Origin: an uncultured Gemmatimonadales bacterium
GTDB taxonomy: Bacteria; Gemmatimonadota; Gemmatimonadetes; Gemmatimonadales; GWC2-71-9
Assembly (NCBI GenBank): GCA_963739455.1
Contig: CAVUAK010000001.1
Location: 1,312,001-1,376,000, forward strand
Direction: 5' to 3'
DNA length: 64,000 nt
Shown here: positions 29,303 through 39,397 of the stretch, piece by piece
Layout of the letters: each line of letters begins with the position of its first letter
How positions within the stretch are numbered: position 1 is the stretch's first letter
Notes under the pieces: generated by a model
Database searches by the model: none
Told to the model about the DNA's origin: nothing
The model's input: only the letters and a program-made list of their open reading frames with translations
Position numbers and translations under genes: made by a program

Positions 29303-30955
29303 ATGGCAAACGACGCTGACGTCGCCTTTCCGGTATTGAGCGGTCGGGATCTTACTCGTCTCGTGGCGCGGGGGCATCCCAAGGATATCAAGCCGGGAGA
29401 CGTTCTCTTCGCCCAGGGCGACCGGAACTTCTGCTTCTACGTCATCCTCGAGGGTGCGGTGGAGATCATCGAGCACGCCACCGACACCCCCCACGTCGTC
29501 ACGACTCATCGGGCCGGCCAGTTCACCGGCGACATCGACACGCTGACGGGGCGCGTGGCGCTGGTCACGGCCCGCGTCGTCGAGGGTGGCAAGGTGGCGA
29601 TGCTGAGCACCGGCGAACTCCGGAAGGCGATCGACGAGATGCCGGAGGTTGGTGACATAATCATCAAGGCGTTCCTGACGCGCCGGCGGATGCTGGTGGA
29701 CGCCGGATTCGTGGGCGTCACGATGATCGGCTCGCGCTTCTCGCCCGCAGCGCACCGGTTGCGCGACTTCGCGGTGCGAAACCTGGTGCCGATCCGCTGG
29801 ATGGACCTCGACTCCGACGTGCAGGCCGAGGAGATGCTGCGCACCTTCGGCGTCTCGGCGGCGGACACGCCGATCGTGATTGGCTCCCAGGGCCAGGTTC
29901 ACCGGAACCCGTCGCTGGAGCAGTTCGCCCGATGTGCCGGGCTGGTGGTGACGCTCGACGCCGATCATGTCTACGACCTCGTCGTGGTGGGAGCCGGGCC
30001 CGCAGGCCTTGCCGCCTCGGTGTACGCGGCGTCGGAAGGACTCGACGTGCTGACCGCCGATACCGTGGCCGCCGGCGGACAGGCGGGCACCAGCGCGCGG
30101 ATCGAGAACTACCTCGGATTCCCCACTGGCATCTCGGGCCGGGAACTCACCCAGAACGCGCTGGTCCAGGCGCAGCGGTTCGGCGCCCAGATCACGGTGC
30201 CATGTACCATCCGCTCGCTCGGCATCGATGGTGGCGACCGGGTGGTGACCCTCGCCGACAGCACCCGCATACGCACCCGCTGCGTGCTGGTGGCAAGCGG
30301 CGTGGAATACCGGAAGCTCGACGTGCCGAGGTTCGAGGACTTCGACAGCGCCGGCATCTACTATGCGGCGACCGAGATGGAAGCAAAGATGTGTGGTGGT
30401 GAAGAGGTGATCGTGGTGGGCGCGGGCAACTCGGCGGGCCAGGCGGTGGTGAACCTCGCGCGCCATGCGCGACGGGTGCACCTGGTGGTGCGCGGCGGCG
30501 ACCTCGGCGCCAGCATGTCACGCTACCTGGTGGATCGCATCGAGTCGATGGACAACGTCACCATTCGCCTCAACACCAACGTGACGGGACTCGAGGGTGA
30601 CGGCCACCTCGGCGGGGTGCACATCAAGAGCAAGGACGGCGCCGAAGAGACGATCAAGACCAGCGCGCTGTTCCTGTTCATTGGTGCCGACCCGAATACC
30701 AGCTGGCTCCGCGGCTGCGTGGAACTGGACAAGAAGGGATTCGTGCTGACGGGGATCCAGCTCGCGCCCGACACGGCGCGGCTGGAGCGGTGGACGGCGC
30801 TGGGGCGCGCGCCGTTCCTGCTGGAGACGACGCTGCCGGGGGTGTTCGCGGCGGGCGACGTACGGAGCGGATCGGTGAAGCGAGTGGCGTCAGCGGTGGG
30901 GGATGGGGCGATGGCGGTGAGTTTTGTGCATGCGCATATAGGGGCGAGGGTCTAG
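29303..30955 (+). CDS. Cyclic-nucleotide-binding domain / thioredoxin reductase-like FAD oxidoreductase
   Basis: N-terminal cNMP fold (GDVLFAQGD..FYVILEG..GQFTGD); VVGAGPAGL, IENYLGFPTGISG, VGAGNSAGQ, FAAGDVRSGSVKRVASAVGDG. Confidence 0.9.
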   Translation: MANDADVAFPVLSGRDLTRLVARGHPKDIKPGDVLFAQGDRNFCFYVILEGAVEIIEHATDTPHVVTTHRAGQFTGDIDTLTGRVALVTARVVEGGKVAMLSTGELRKAIDEMPEVGDIIIKAFLTRRRMLVDAGFVGVTMIGSRFSPAAHRLRDFAVRNLVPIRWMDLDSDVQAEEMLRTFGVSAADTPIVIGSQGQVHRNPSLEQFARCAGLVVTLDADHVYDLVVVGAGPAGLAASVYAASEGLDVLTADTVAAGGQAGTSARIENYLGFPTGISGRELTQNALVQAQRFGAQITVPCTIRSLGIDGGDRVVTLADSTRIRTRCVLVASGVEYRKLDVPRFEDFDSAGIYYAATEMEAKMCGGEEVIVVGAGNSAGQAVVNLARHARRVHLVVRGGDLGASMSRYLVDRIESMDNVTIRLNTNVTGLEGDGHLGGVHIKSKDGAEETIKTSALFLFIGADPNTSWLRGCVELDKKGFVLTGIQLAPDTARLERWTALGRAPFLLETTLPGVFAAGDVRSGSVKRVASAVGDGAMAVSFVHAHIGARV

Positions 30956-31000
30956 GGGAACTGAAACAGCGTGAGGGGGAACTGAAACTGCGTGAGGGGG
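30955..31000 (+). repeat. Tandem 21-mer GGGGAACTGAAACWGCGTGAG x2
   Basis: Direct repeat between two genes; related to the arms of the inverted repeat at 51818-51936. Confidence 0.8.
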
Positions 31001-31010
31001 CCTGCTGATC

Positions 31011-31295
31011 ATGGCACTTGAGTGTGAGCACGTAGTTCAAGCCAGGAACGTGAAACCGCACACGCCGAACGGGTGCGAGGAGTGCCTCAAGCTGGGAATG
31101 CGATGGGTGCACCTGCGGCTCTGCCAGGAATGCGGGCACGTCGGCTGCTGCGACAATTCCATCGGGAAGCACGCCACGAAGCACTTTCATGCGACGAAGC
31201 ATGCCATCATGAAGAGCTTCGAGCCGGGAGAGGACTGGAGCTGGTGCTACGTTGATGAACTCTTCATCGAGCCGGCGGTGCGGCCGAAGGCGTAG
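31011..31295 (+). CDS. UBP-type zinc finger protein
   Basis: CEH...CEECL...WVHLRLCQECGHVGCCDNS..KHATKHFH...WSWCYVDE. Confidence 0.92.
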   Translation: MALECEHVVQARNVKPHTPNGCEECLKLGMRWVHLRLCQECGHVGCCDNSIGKHATKHFHATKHAIMKSFEPGEDWSWCYVDELFIEPAVRPKA

Positions 31296-32531
31296 CTACA
31301 CGTCCCTGGCCAGGCGAATGCCGGTGAACTGCCAGCACGCCTCGGGCGGGAAGAAATTGCGATACGACGCCCGGATGTGATCCTGGGGCGTGGCACAGGA
31401 GCCGCCGCGCAGCACGAACTGGTTGGACATGAACTTCCCGTTGTATTCGCCGAGGGCGCCGGGAGCGGCGGCATAGCCGGGATACGGCGAATACTGGCTC
31501 CGGGTCCATTCCCAGACATCGCCCCACATCTGGTGAAAGCGCACACCGGGCGTCCGCCGCCAGGCCACCGGATGAAGCACCTCGATGTCGGCCAGGTTGC
31601 CCTGCACTGGCTCACCGCGCGCCGCCACTTCCCATTCCTGTTCGGTCGGCAGACGGGCTCCCGCCCAGCGCGCGTATGCGTCGGCCTCGAAGTAACTCAC
31701 GTGACATACCGGCTCCGCAGGGTCCACCTCGCGCATGCCACCCAGCGTGTACGTCATCCAGCGGTGGTCGTGCTCCTCCCAGTAGAAGGGTGACGCCCAG
31801 CCGCGGGACTCCACCGCGGCCCACCCCATCGACAGCCAGAGCTCGGGGCGCGCGTAGCCGCCGTCGCCCATGAAGGCGAGAAATTCGGCATTGGTGACAA
31901 GCCGGTCAGCGAGGGCAAACCGATCGAGGAAGTGCCGGTGACGGGGCAGTTCGTTGTCAAAGCAGAATCCGTCGCCCTCGTGCCCGATCTCGTAGAGCCC
32001 CTCGTCGATCTCGATCCAGTTGAGCGCAGGTACGTTGACGCCGGAGAGCGGCTCGGGCTGGTGATACGCCGGCCGCAGCGGGTTGACGGAGAAGACGTGC
32101 TTGATGTCGGTGACGAGCAGCTCCTGGTGCTGCTGCTCGTGGTTCAACCCGATTCGGAGCAGGGGCTCGAGAGTGTCCGGCGACACCACGGGCGAGGCGA
32201 GCAGCTCCAGCATGTGCCGGTCGACCCATGCCCGGTATTCATACACCTCGCGCACGGTGGGCCGGGACAGATATCCGCGCTGGTCACGTGCGTGACGGGC
32301 GCCGGCCTGGACATAGTAGGAGTTGAACAGGAAGGCGTATCGCGGGTCGAGCGGCTTGTAGCCGGGAAGGTGCGGACCGAGCAGGAACGTCTCGAAGAAC
32401 CAGGTAACGTGGGCCAGGTGCCACTTGGTGGGGCTCACATCTGCCATGGTCTGCACGACACAGTCCTCGGCGGCGAGGGGTGCCGCCAGCGCCTCGGTCC
32501 GCTCGCGCACCCGGCGATACCGCTCGATCAT
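31296..32531 (-). CDS. egtB: Ergothioneine biosynthesis sulfoxide synthase EgtB
   Basis: DVSPTKWHLAHVTWFFE, FNSYY, NHEQQHQELL, FGE-sulfatase domain, GEYNGKFM, RASYRNFF; start 32531 or 32573. Confidence 0.93.
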   Translation of the reverse strand: MIERYRRVRERTEALAAPLAAEDCVVQTMADVSPTKWHLAHVTWFFETFLLGPHLPGYKPLDPRYAFLFNSYYVQAGARHARDQRGYLSRPTVREVYEYRAWVDRHMLELLASPVVSPDTLEPLLRIGLNHEQQHQELLVTDIKHVFSVNPLRPAYHQPEPLSGVNVPALNWIEIDEGLYEIGHEGDGFCFDNELPRHRHFLDRFALADRLVTNAEFLAFMGDGGYARPELWLSMGWAAVESRGWASPFYWEEHDHRWMTYTLGGMREVDPAEPVCHVSYFEADAYARWAGARLPTEQEWEVAARGEPVQGNLADIEVLHPVAWRRTPGVRFHQMWGDVWEWTRSQYSPYPGYAAAPGALGEYNGKFMSNQFVLRGGSCATPQDHIRASYRNFFPPEACWQFTGIRLARDV

Positions 32532-32603
32532 GGTGCCGCCCAATCCCTCTTCATCTTTCAGGTGTATCATCATCCTATAGGATAAACCGTACGGCTGCCG
32601 GAG

Positions 32604-33581
32604 GTGCGCAGGGTGTCGACGATATCAGCTGGCCAGGCAGCCCGGGCGCAGAACTGGGAAATGCTGGACGAGGTGCGTTCGGGGCTGGGCCGCCCGCAGA
32701 AGGAGTTGTCGCCCAAGTACTTCTACGACCTGGCGGGATCGCTGCTCTTCGAGGAGATCACCCGGCTACCGGAGTACTACCTGACCCGGGTGGAGCGCGA
32801 ACTGCTGGTCGAGCACGCGCCACAGCTCATGACCAGCACTGGCGTCCGCACGCTGGTGGAACTGGGTGCCGGGAGCGCCTCCAAGACACGGATCCTGCTG
32901 GACGCGATGGCTCGAGTGAGCGCCGGCGGCACGTACGTGCCGATCGACGTCAGCGGGGCTTTCCTGAGCGAGACGGCGAGCGGGCTCCGTGCCGCCTACC
33001 CCGGCCTCCGCATTGCCCCGGTCACCGCCGACGTGTCTCGGGACTTCCAGCTGCCGCGGCATGACTCACCGGTCCTCTTCGCCCTGCTCGGCAGCACCAT
33101 CGGCAACTTCGACGAGATGCAGGCGCGGCTGCTCCTGCGTCGGATCCGCGAGCTGATGGGACCGTCAGATCGCTTCCTGCTGGGCGCCGACCTGCAAAAG
33201 GATGCCGCCCAGCTCAACGCGGCGTACAACGATGCCGCCGGCGTCACGGCCCGGTTCAACCTCAACATGCTCCAGGTGCTGAACCGTGAACTTGGCGCTG
33301 ACTTCGACCGCCCAGCCTTTGCGCACCGGGCCTTCTACAATGAGCAACTGCACCGCATCGAGATGCACCTCGTCTCATTGGTGGACCAGGTGGTGACGAT
33401 CCCGGGGATCGGTGGTGTCGCACTGGCGAAGGGTGAGTCGATCCGGACGGAGATCAGCTGCAAGTATGACCGCGCCGGCATCGAGGTCCTGTTCACGGCG
33501 GCGGGCATGTCGCTGGAGACATGGCACACCGATGACCTGCAGCGCTTCGCACTGGCGGTTGGCCGGCTCGGCGTTAGCTGA
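32604..33581 (+). CDS. egtD: L-histidine N-alpha-methyltransferase EgtD
   Basis: PKYFYD..GS.LFEEITRLPEYYLTR, ELGAGS, GSTIGN, AYNDAAGVTARFNLN, RTEISCKY. Confidence 0.93.
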   Translation: MRRVSTISAGQAARAQNWEMLDEVRSGLGRPQKELSPKYFYDLAGSLLFEEITRLPEYYLTRVERELLVEHAPQLMTSTGVRTLVELGAGSASKTRILLDAMARVSAGGTYVPIDVSGAFLSETASGLRAAYPGLRIAPVTADVSRDFQLPRHDSPVLFALLGSTIGNFDEMQARLLLRRIRELMGPSDRFLLGADLQKDAAQLNAAYNDAAGVTARFNLNMLQVLNRELGADFDRPAFAHRAFYNEQLHRIEMHLVSLVDQVVTIPGIGGVALAKGESIRTEISCKYDRAGIEVLFTAAGMSLETWHTDDLQRFALAVGRLGVS

Positions 33582-33592
33582 CGCTCCCGCCG

Positions 33593-34102
33593 TCAGTCCT
33601 TCTCCAGCACGGCACAGGCCAGTCGCGCGCCGGACCCGCCATTCGCCGGGGAGTTGCCGAGGTTATCGGGGTTGGCGTGCAGTATGACGGCGTGGCCCAG
33701 GATGCTGGTGCTGTCGGAGAAGAGGTTCACCCGGCCCTCGGTGATCTCGAGCTTGCCGGTGCCGTCGGGGCCGACGGTGATGTTGCCGAGATCGCCGGCG
33801 TGCCCGATGCCGTTGGGGCCGGCATGAAAATTCTTCTGCAGGGGATCGAAGTGGGGGCCGGCGCCGGCGAATGGGCCCGCTGAATCCGCAGGCGTGCCGC
33901 AAGTGGCGTTGGCGTGCACATGCAGGCCGTGCCTGCCGGGCGGAAGGCCATGTACTACGACCTTGATCCGCACTCCCTTCGCCTCCTGCTTCACCTCGAT
34001 CTTGCCGACCTCGGCGCCGCTGGCATCATGCAGGACGCCCCTGGCGCCAAGCGCGAACAGGCCCAGCAGGAGAATTGTCGCGCGACCGGTCATTGAATCC
34101 AT
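33593..34102 (-). CDS. sodC: Cu/Zn superoxide dismutase family protein
   Basis: HGLHVH, GPHFDP, HAGDLGNI, AVILHANPD, GGSGARLAC. Confidence 0.88.
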   Translation of the reverse strand: MDSMTGRATILLLGLFALGARGVLHDASGAEVGKIEVKQEAKGVRIKVVVHGLPPGRHGLHVHANATCGTPADSAGPFAGAGPHFDPLQKNFHAGPNGIGHAGDLGNITVGPDGTGKLEITEGRVNLFSDSTSILGHAVILHANPDNLGNSPANGGSGARLACAVLEKD

Positions 34103-34131
34103 GACAATACAATAACGGTATTGCCCGCCGG

Positions 34132-34299
34132 CTAGCGCCCCCTTCGCGTCTTCGCCGTACGCCCTTCCTGCTTCCGCTGCTTGTTCACCGTGGCGCCGGC
34201 GATTTCCTTGGCGCGTTTCAGCGAGCGACCCTGCTTCCGCTCTGATTCCTTGATGTGTTCGTATTGCCGCTCGTCCTTGCTGCTCCATGCGCGAGGCAT
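34132..34299 (-). CDS. Small basic protein (55 aa), family often labelled plasmid stabilization protein; below the ORF-track cutoff
   Basis: Strong RBS AGGAGGAGG; MPRAWSSKDERQYEHIKESERKQGRSLKRAKEIAGATVNKQRKQEGRTAKTRRGR. Confidence 0.8.
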   Translation of the reverse strand: MPRAWSSKDERQYEHIKESERKQGRSLKRAKEIAGATVNKQRKQEGRTAKTRRGR

Positions 34300-34411
34300 A
34301 TGGCCTCCTCCTGGTTGCGGGCCTCATTCGAAATACCGCCGCGAGGCTGCATTTGTTGCCTGCCCGGGGTACTCTCACTGACACGACTGCGGTGACAAGA
34401 GGAGCAACCTG

Positions 34412-35938
34412 ATGGCAGACACGAACGATGCCGCCAAGCGAGACCTTCGCGCGGGCGTTTCGCTCCAGGACCTTCCCGATGGCGGGATGCTGCAGGGTAC
34501 GGTCGATGGCGATGACGTGATCGTCGCGCGTCGAGGGGACGAGGTGTTCGCCGTGAGTGCATTCTGCACCCACTATCACGGGCCGCTCGCCGAGGGTCTC
34601 GTGGCAGGAGATACGGTACGCTGCCCTTGGCACCACGCCTGTTTCAGCCTTCGCACCGGCGAGGCGGTGCGGGCGCCGGCGCTGGACGCGATCACCTGCT
34701 GGCGGGTCGACCGGGAGGGTGATCGCGTCCTTGTGCGCGAGAAACTCGCGGTACCTGCCCGGCCGGGCGCCGGTCGCCCGGGCAAGGCGCCGGACTCGAT
34801 TGTCATCGTTGGTGGTGGTGCGGCCGGGCTTGCCGCGGCTGACATGCTGCGTCGCGAAGGGTACGACGGCCCGCTCACGATGATCAGCGCCGACGACTCC
34901 CCGCCGTGTGATCGTCCCAACCTCTCGAAGGACTACCTCGCGGGCACGGCACAGGAGGAGTGGATTCCGCTCCGCCCGCCGGAATTCTACGAGGAGCGAC
35001 AGATCGACCTCCTGCTCAACGCGCGGGTGTCAGGGCTCGACCTGCGCCACCGGAGACTCGAGCTCGAGGATGGCGGAAGCCGGGGCTACTCCGCGCTGCT
35101 GCTGGCGACCGGTGCCGAGCCGGTACGACTGGAGATTCCGGGTGCCGCGAAGGACCAGGTGCTGTACCTCCGCACCTTCGCGGACAGCAAGGCCATCGTG
35201 GCACGGACGGCGTCGGCGAAGCGAGTGGTGGTGATCGGGGCGAGCTTCATCGCGCTCGAGGTGGCGGCCTCACTGCGGGCGCGCGACATCGAGGTTCATG
35301 TGGTGGCACCTGATCGCGTTCCGCTCGAGCGAGTGATGGGGGCCGAGGTGGGTGCGTTCATCCGGCAGGTCCACGAGGGTCATGGCGTGGTGTTCCACCT
35401 GGGCCAGACTGTGGCTCGGGTCGACGGACGCGCCGTGATGCTGACCGACGGCACCACGCTCGATGCCGATTTCCTCGTGGCCGGTGTCGGGGTGCGACCG
35501 GTGACCGGCTTCGCCGAGAAGGCCGGGCTCAAGATCGATCGTGGTATCACCGTGAATGAGTTCCTCGAGACATCGGAGCCCGGCGTCTTTGCCGCGGGTG
35601 ACATCGCGCGGTGGCCGGATCCGCACACCCGCGAGCGGATCAGGGTGGAGCACTGGGTGGTGGCGGAGCGCCAGGGACAGGTGGCGGCGAGGAACATGCT
35701 GGGGCACGAGGAGCAGTTCGACGCGGTGCCGTTCTTCTGGAGCCAGCACTATGACCTGGCGATCAATTATGTGGGTCACGCCGAGAAGTGGGACGGGGTG
35801 GTGATTGACGGGTCGCTCGAGTCGCGGGACTGCAAGGTGAGCTACATGCTGGGCGGGAAGGAACTCGCGGTGGTCACCATCTTCCGTGACCAGGAAAGCC
35901 TCGAGGTGGAGCGTGCGATGGAGCTGTCGGTGCGCTAG
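34412..35938 (+). CDS. Rieske [2Fe-2S] / FAD-dependent oxidoreductase fusion
   Basis: CTHYHGPL...CPWHHACF; VGGGAAG, DRPNLSKDYL, AAGDIA, RVEHW, PFFWSQHYD. Confidence 0.92.
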   Translation: MADTNDAAKRDLRAGVSLQDLPDGGMLQGTVDGDDVIVARRGDEVFAVSAFCTHYHGPLAEGLVAGDTVRCPWHHACFSLRTGEAVRAPALDAITCWRVDREGDRVLVREKLAVPARPGAGRPGKAPDSIVIVGGGAAGLAAADMLRREGYDGPLTMISADDSPPCDRPNLSKDYLAGTAQEEWIPLRPPEFYEERQIDLLLNARVSGLDLRHRRLELEDGGSRGYSALLLATGAEPVRLEIPGAAKDQVLYLRTFADSKAIVARTASAKRVVVIGASFIALEVAASLRARDIEVHVVAPDRVPLERVMGAEVGAFIRQVHEGHGVVFHLGQTVARVDGRAVMLTDGTTLDADFLVAGVGVRPVTGFAEKAGLKIDRGITVNEFLETSEPGVFAAGDIARWPDPHTRERIRVEHWVVAERQGQVAARNMLGHEEQFDAVPFFWSQHYDLAINYVGHAEKWDGVVIDGSLESRDCKVSYMLGGKELAVVTIFRDQESLEVERAMELSVR

Positions 35939-36006
35939 CGGATACGACCTTGCGCTTCAGGTACCGGCGCTCGACGTTATGCGATCCCGACTACCCCGGA
36001 GAGACA

Positions 36007-37251
36007 ATGCGCGCAGCTGTCGTTCTTTCGCTGGTGCCGGTCCTTGCCCTGCATGCCATCCTGGCGAGCGCCCAGGTAACCGCGATCAAGGCGGGGCGTG
36101 TGGTGGACCCCGACGCCGGGACGGCGGCGAAGGACCAGGTGATCCTGGTGGAAGGCGGCCGGATCACGGCGATCGGCGGCGACGTGAAAGTGCCGAGCGG
36201 TGCGAAGGTGATCGACCTTTCGCGGGCGACGGTATCGCCAGGGCTGGTGGACGCGCACACCCACCTGTGCATGGATGTCCAGGCCAAGCGTGACGCGGGG
36301 AACTATTACATCACGACGCTGATCGACCCCGACGCCTACCGCTCGATCGAGGGCGTCGTCAACGCGAAGACAATGCTCGAGGCGGGCTTCACCAGCGTGC
36401 GCGACGTGGGCAACGAGGGACGGTATGCCTGCGTACAGGTGCGGCGGGCCATCCAGCGAGGGCTGGTTCCCGGACCGACGATGATCACGGCCGGGCGCAT
36501 CATCGCGCCGTACGGCGGCCAGTTCCACCTGCAGCCTGACAAGCCGGCGCTGGCGGAGCCGGAGTACTACTTCGCCGACACCCACGATGAGATGGTGAAG
36601 GCGGTGCGCGAGAACGTGCACTATGGCGCCACCGTCATCAAGATCGTGGTGGACGACCAGCAGTACATCTACTCCACCGACGACATCATCTTCATCAAGA
36701 ATGAGGCTGCGCGTGCCGGGCTCAAGCTCGCGGCGCATGCGTGGACCGAGCCTGGTGCGCACAACGCGGCGGAAGCGGGCGTCGCATCGATCGAGCACGG
36801 CTTCGACATGACCGATGCCGACCTGGAGATCGCAAAGAAGAACGGGGTGGTCCTGGTGGGAACGGAGTATCTCGCCCTCGACGATACGCCGGAGGCGCAC
36901 AAGCAGTGGGTGGACCGCCTGGCGCGGGCCTACAAGGTGGGCGTGACCCTGGTGTATGGCACCGATGCCACCAACCTGCTCGCCGACAAGACCCGCGGAC
37001 AGGATGCCATGATGGGGATCGACCCCTGGGTGGAGGCGGGCATCCCGGCTCCGGACATCCTCAAGGCGATGACGACCAGCGCGACGCGACTGCTGGGGGT
37101 GGACAAGCAGAGGGGCACATTGAAGGTGGGAATGGCCGCCGACCTCATTGCCACGCCCGACAACCCGCTCACGAACATCCAGACGCTCAAGCAGGTCAAC
37201 TTCGTGATGAAGAACGGCGCGGTGGTACCGCTACCCGGCCAGGGCCGTTGA
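36007..37251 (+). CDS. Metal-dependent amidohydrolase (prolidase-like), secreted
   Basis: PGLVDAHTH, AGFTSVRDVG, AAHA, SIEHG, YGTDA. Confidence 0.9.
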   Translation: MRAAVVLSLVPVLALHAILASAQVTAIKAGRVVDPDAGTAAKDQVILVEGGRITAIGGDVKVPSGAKVIDLSRATVSPGLVDAHTHLCMDVQAKRDAGNYYITTLIDPDAYRSIEGVVNAKTMLEAGFTSVRDVGNEGRYACVQVRRAIQRGLVPGPTMITAGRIIAPYGGQFHLQPDKPALAEPEYYFADTHDEMVKAVRENVHYGATVIKIVVDDQQYIYSTDDIIFIKNEAARAGLKLAAHAWTEPGAHNAAEAGVASIEHGFDMTDADLEIAKKNGVVLVGTEYLALDDTPEAHKQWVDRLARAYKVGVTLVYGTDATNLLADKTRGQDAMMGIDPWVEAGIPAPDILKAMTTSATRLLGVDKQRGTLKVGMAADLIATPDNPLTNIQTLKQVNFVMKNGAVVPLPGQGR

Positions 37252-39396
37252 GATCGGCAGCTTTCGCACGCGCTTGCCGGTCGCGGCAAACACCGCATTG
37301 GCTATTGCGGGCATGACCGCGGAGGTGCCGGGTTCGCCCATGCCCCCCGGCTCCTCCGTGCTCCTCACCAGGTGAACCTCGATGACGGGCGACTCGTTCA
37401 TGCGGAGCGCCCGGTAGTTGTGGAAGTTGCCCTGCTCGACCCGGCCATCCTTGAGGGTAATCTCCCCGTAGAGCGCCCCTGATGCCCCGAAGATGATCCC
37501 GCTCTGCATCTGCGCCTCGATGATGTGCGGGTTGACCTGGATGCCGCAGTCCACCGCGGCCACCACACGAGTGACCCGCACGTCACTGCCGGTGACCTGC
37601 ACTTCAGCCACCTGGGCGACAAAACTCCCGAACACATGCTGCACCGACACCCCGCGCCCGTGTCCGGCGGGCATCGGCGTTCCCCATGACGCCTTGCTGG
37701 CGGCGAGCTCGAGGACGGCGGCGGCGCGGGGCGAATTCGCCAACAGCGCCCGGCGGAAGGCCACCGGGTCCTGGCTCGACGCGGCGGCCAGCTCATCGAT
37801 GAAGCTCTCGACCACGAAGATGTTGTGGGTGGGGCCGACGCCGCGCCACCAGCCGGTGGGAATGCCGGGTGGTTCCACGCGCACATACTCGACCAGCATG
37901 CTGGGGAAGTCGTACGGGGTGTCGGTGGCGCCGTCGACGGCGTCGAGGTCGATGCCCTTGATGGTGGTAACCAGTCTCGAGAACCCGGCGGCCTTCAACC
38001 CGCTCACGCTCTTCTCTGCCCACCGGAGCAGGATGGATGGCCCGGCGATGCGATGGCTCCACGCCACCGGCTTGCCGCTCGCGTCGAGCCCGGCGGCGAT
38101 GCGGTCGTAGTAGTACGGCCGGTACATGTCGTGCTGGATGTCCTCCTCACGGCTCCAGGTGACGCGTACCGGACCATCGACCTGCTTCGCGATCGCCACT
38201 GCCTGGGTGACGTAATCCACCTCGAGCCGGCGACCGAACCCGCCCCCGATGAGATGGTTGTGCACCTTCACCTGGTCCTTCGAGAGGCCGGTGACCTTCG
38301 CAGCGGCTGCCTGCGCGCGGCCCGCGACCTGGGTGCCGAGCCACAGGTCGCATCCATCGGGTCGCACGTGCACCGTGCAATTGATCGGCTCCATGGTGGC
38401 GTGAGCGAGGAACGGCGCCTCATAAATGGCCTCGACCCTGGTCGTGGCACCGGCCATGGCGGCGCCGACGTCACTATCCTCCCTCGCCACCTTGCCCGGC
38501 CTGGCTGACGCCTCCTCGAGCTGCTTCACCACGTCGGCGGTGGAGAGCGACGCATGCGGTCCGTTGTTCCACTTGATGTCGAGCGCGGCGAGACCCTGTC
38601 GCGCCGCCCAGGTGTTGCTCGCGATGACGGCGACGGCGTCATCGATGCGCACGACCTGGGAGACGCCCTTCACGGTCATCGCCCTGGCCTCATCGACGCT
38701 GTCGACGGTGCCGCCGAAGACGGGTGACGCTGCAACCGCGGCGAAGCGCATTCCCGGAAGGATGGCGTCGATGCCGAACTTCGCCGAGCCGTTGACCTTG
38801 TCGGGCGAGTCGAGCCGCTTCGCCGGGGTGCCGATGAGCGTCCAGTCCTTCGGGTCCTTGAGCGCCACCTTGCCGGGCACGGGCAGGGTCGCCGCCCGAT
38901 CGGCCAGCTCGCCATAGGTACGCTTGCGACCACTCGCGTCGTGAAAGACGACGCCATGGCCGGTACGGCAAGAGGCAGCGTCGACGCCCCACTCCTGCGC
39001 CGCCGCCGCGACGAGCATGGTGCGAGCAACCGCGCCAGCGTGGCGGAGCGGCATCCACATCACCCGCACCGAGGTCGACCCGCCAGTGCCCTGAAAACCG
39101 AGCGCGGGATTGAAGTACGGCCTGGCCGGTGGCGCTGCCTCGAGTGTCACCTGGTCGAGGCCCACATCGAGCTCCTCGGCGAGGAGCATCGGCATGGAGG
39201 TGTAGGTGCCCTGTCCCATTTCCACCTGGGACATGACGAGGGTGATGACGCCGTCGCGACCAATGCGGATCCAGGCATTGGGGGCGAAGGTGCCGGCGGC
39301 CGCGGTGTCGTCGCGCTGGCCGAGCCGGCACGAGAGCAGCAGGCCACCACCGGCCGCAACACTGGCCACGATGAACTCACGACGGGACCAGGCCAC
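37231..39396 (-). CDS. Xanthine dehydrogenase-family molybdopterin-binding subunit (IorB-like), Tat-type leader
   Basis: SRREFI, EMGQG, TGGSTS, HATMEP, GGGFGRR, WWRGVG, GMGEPG. Confidence 0.9.
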   Translation of the reverse strand: MAWSRREFIVASVAAGGGLLLSCRLGQRDDTAAAGTFAPNAWIRIGRDGVITLVMSQVEMGQGTYTSMPMLLAEELDVGLDQVTLEAAPPARPYFNPALGFQGTGGSTSVRVMWMPLRHAGAVARTMLVAAAAQEWGVDAASCRTGHGVVFHDASGRKRTYGELADRAATLPVPGKVALKDPKDWTLIGTPAKRLDSPDKVNGSAKFGIDAILPGMRFAAVAASPVFGGTVDSVDEARAMTVKGVSQVVRIDDAVAVIASNTWAARQGLAALDIKWNNGPHASLSTADVVKQLEEASARPGKVAREDSDVGAAMAGATTRVEAIYEAPFLAHATMEPINCTVHVRPDGCDLWLGTQVAGRAQAAAAKVTGLSKDQVKVHNHLIGGGFGRRLEVDYVTQAVAIAKQVDGPVRVTWSREEDIQHDMYRPYYYDRIAAGLDASGKPVAWSHRIAGPSILLRWAEKSVSGLKAAGFSRLVTTIKGIDLDAVDGATDTPYDFPSMLVEYVRVEPPGIPTGWWRGVGPTHNIFVVESFIDELAAASSQDPVAFRRALLANSPRAAAVLELAASKASWGTPMPAGHGRGVSVQHVFGSFVAQVAEVQVTGSDVRVTRVVAAVDCGIQVNPHIIEAQMQSGIIFGASGALYGEITLKDGRVEQGNFHNYRALRMNESPVIEVHLVRSTEEPGGMGEPGTSAVMPAIANAVFAATGKRVRKLPISTALAG

Positions 39397-39397
39397 C

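Noticed and set aside
27579..29339. Long antisense ORFs (e.g. 27579-29339, 10766-12103, 17681-19045, 46860-48209, 55926-57479)
   Set aside because: Shadow frames opposite well-supported genes, expected at high GC; no motifs.
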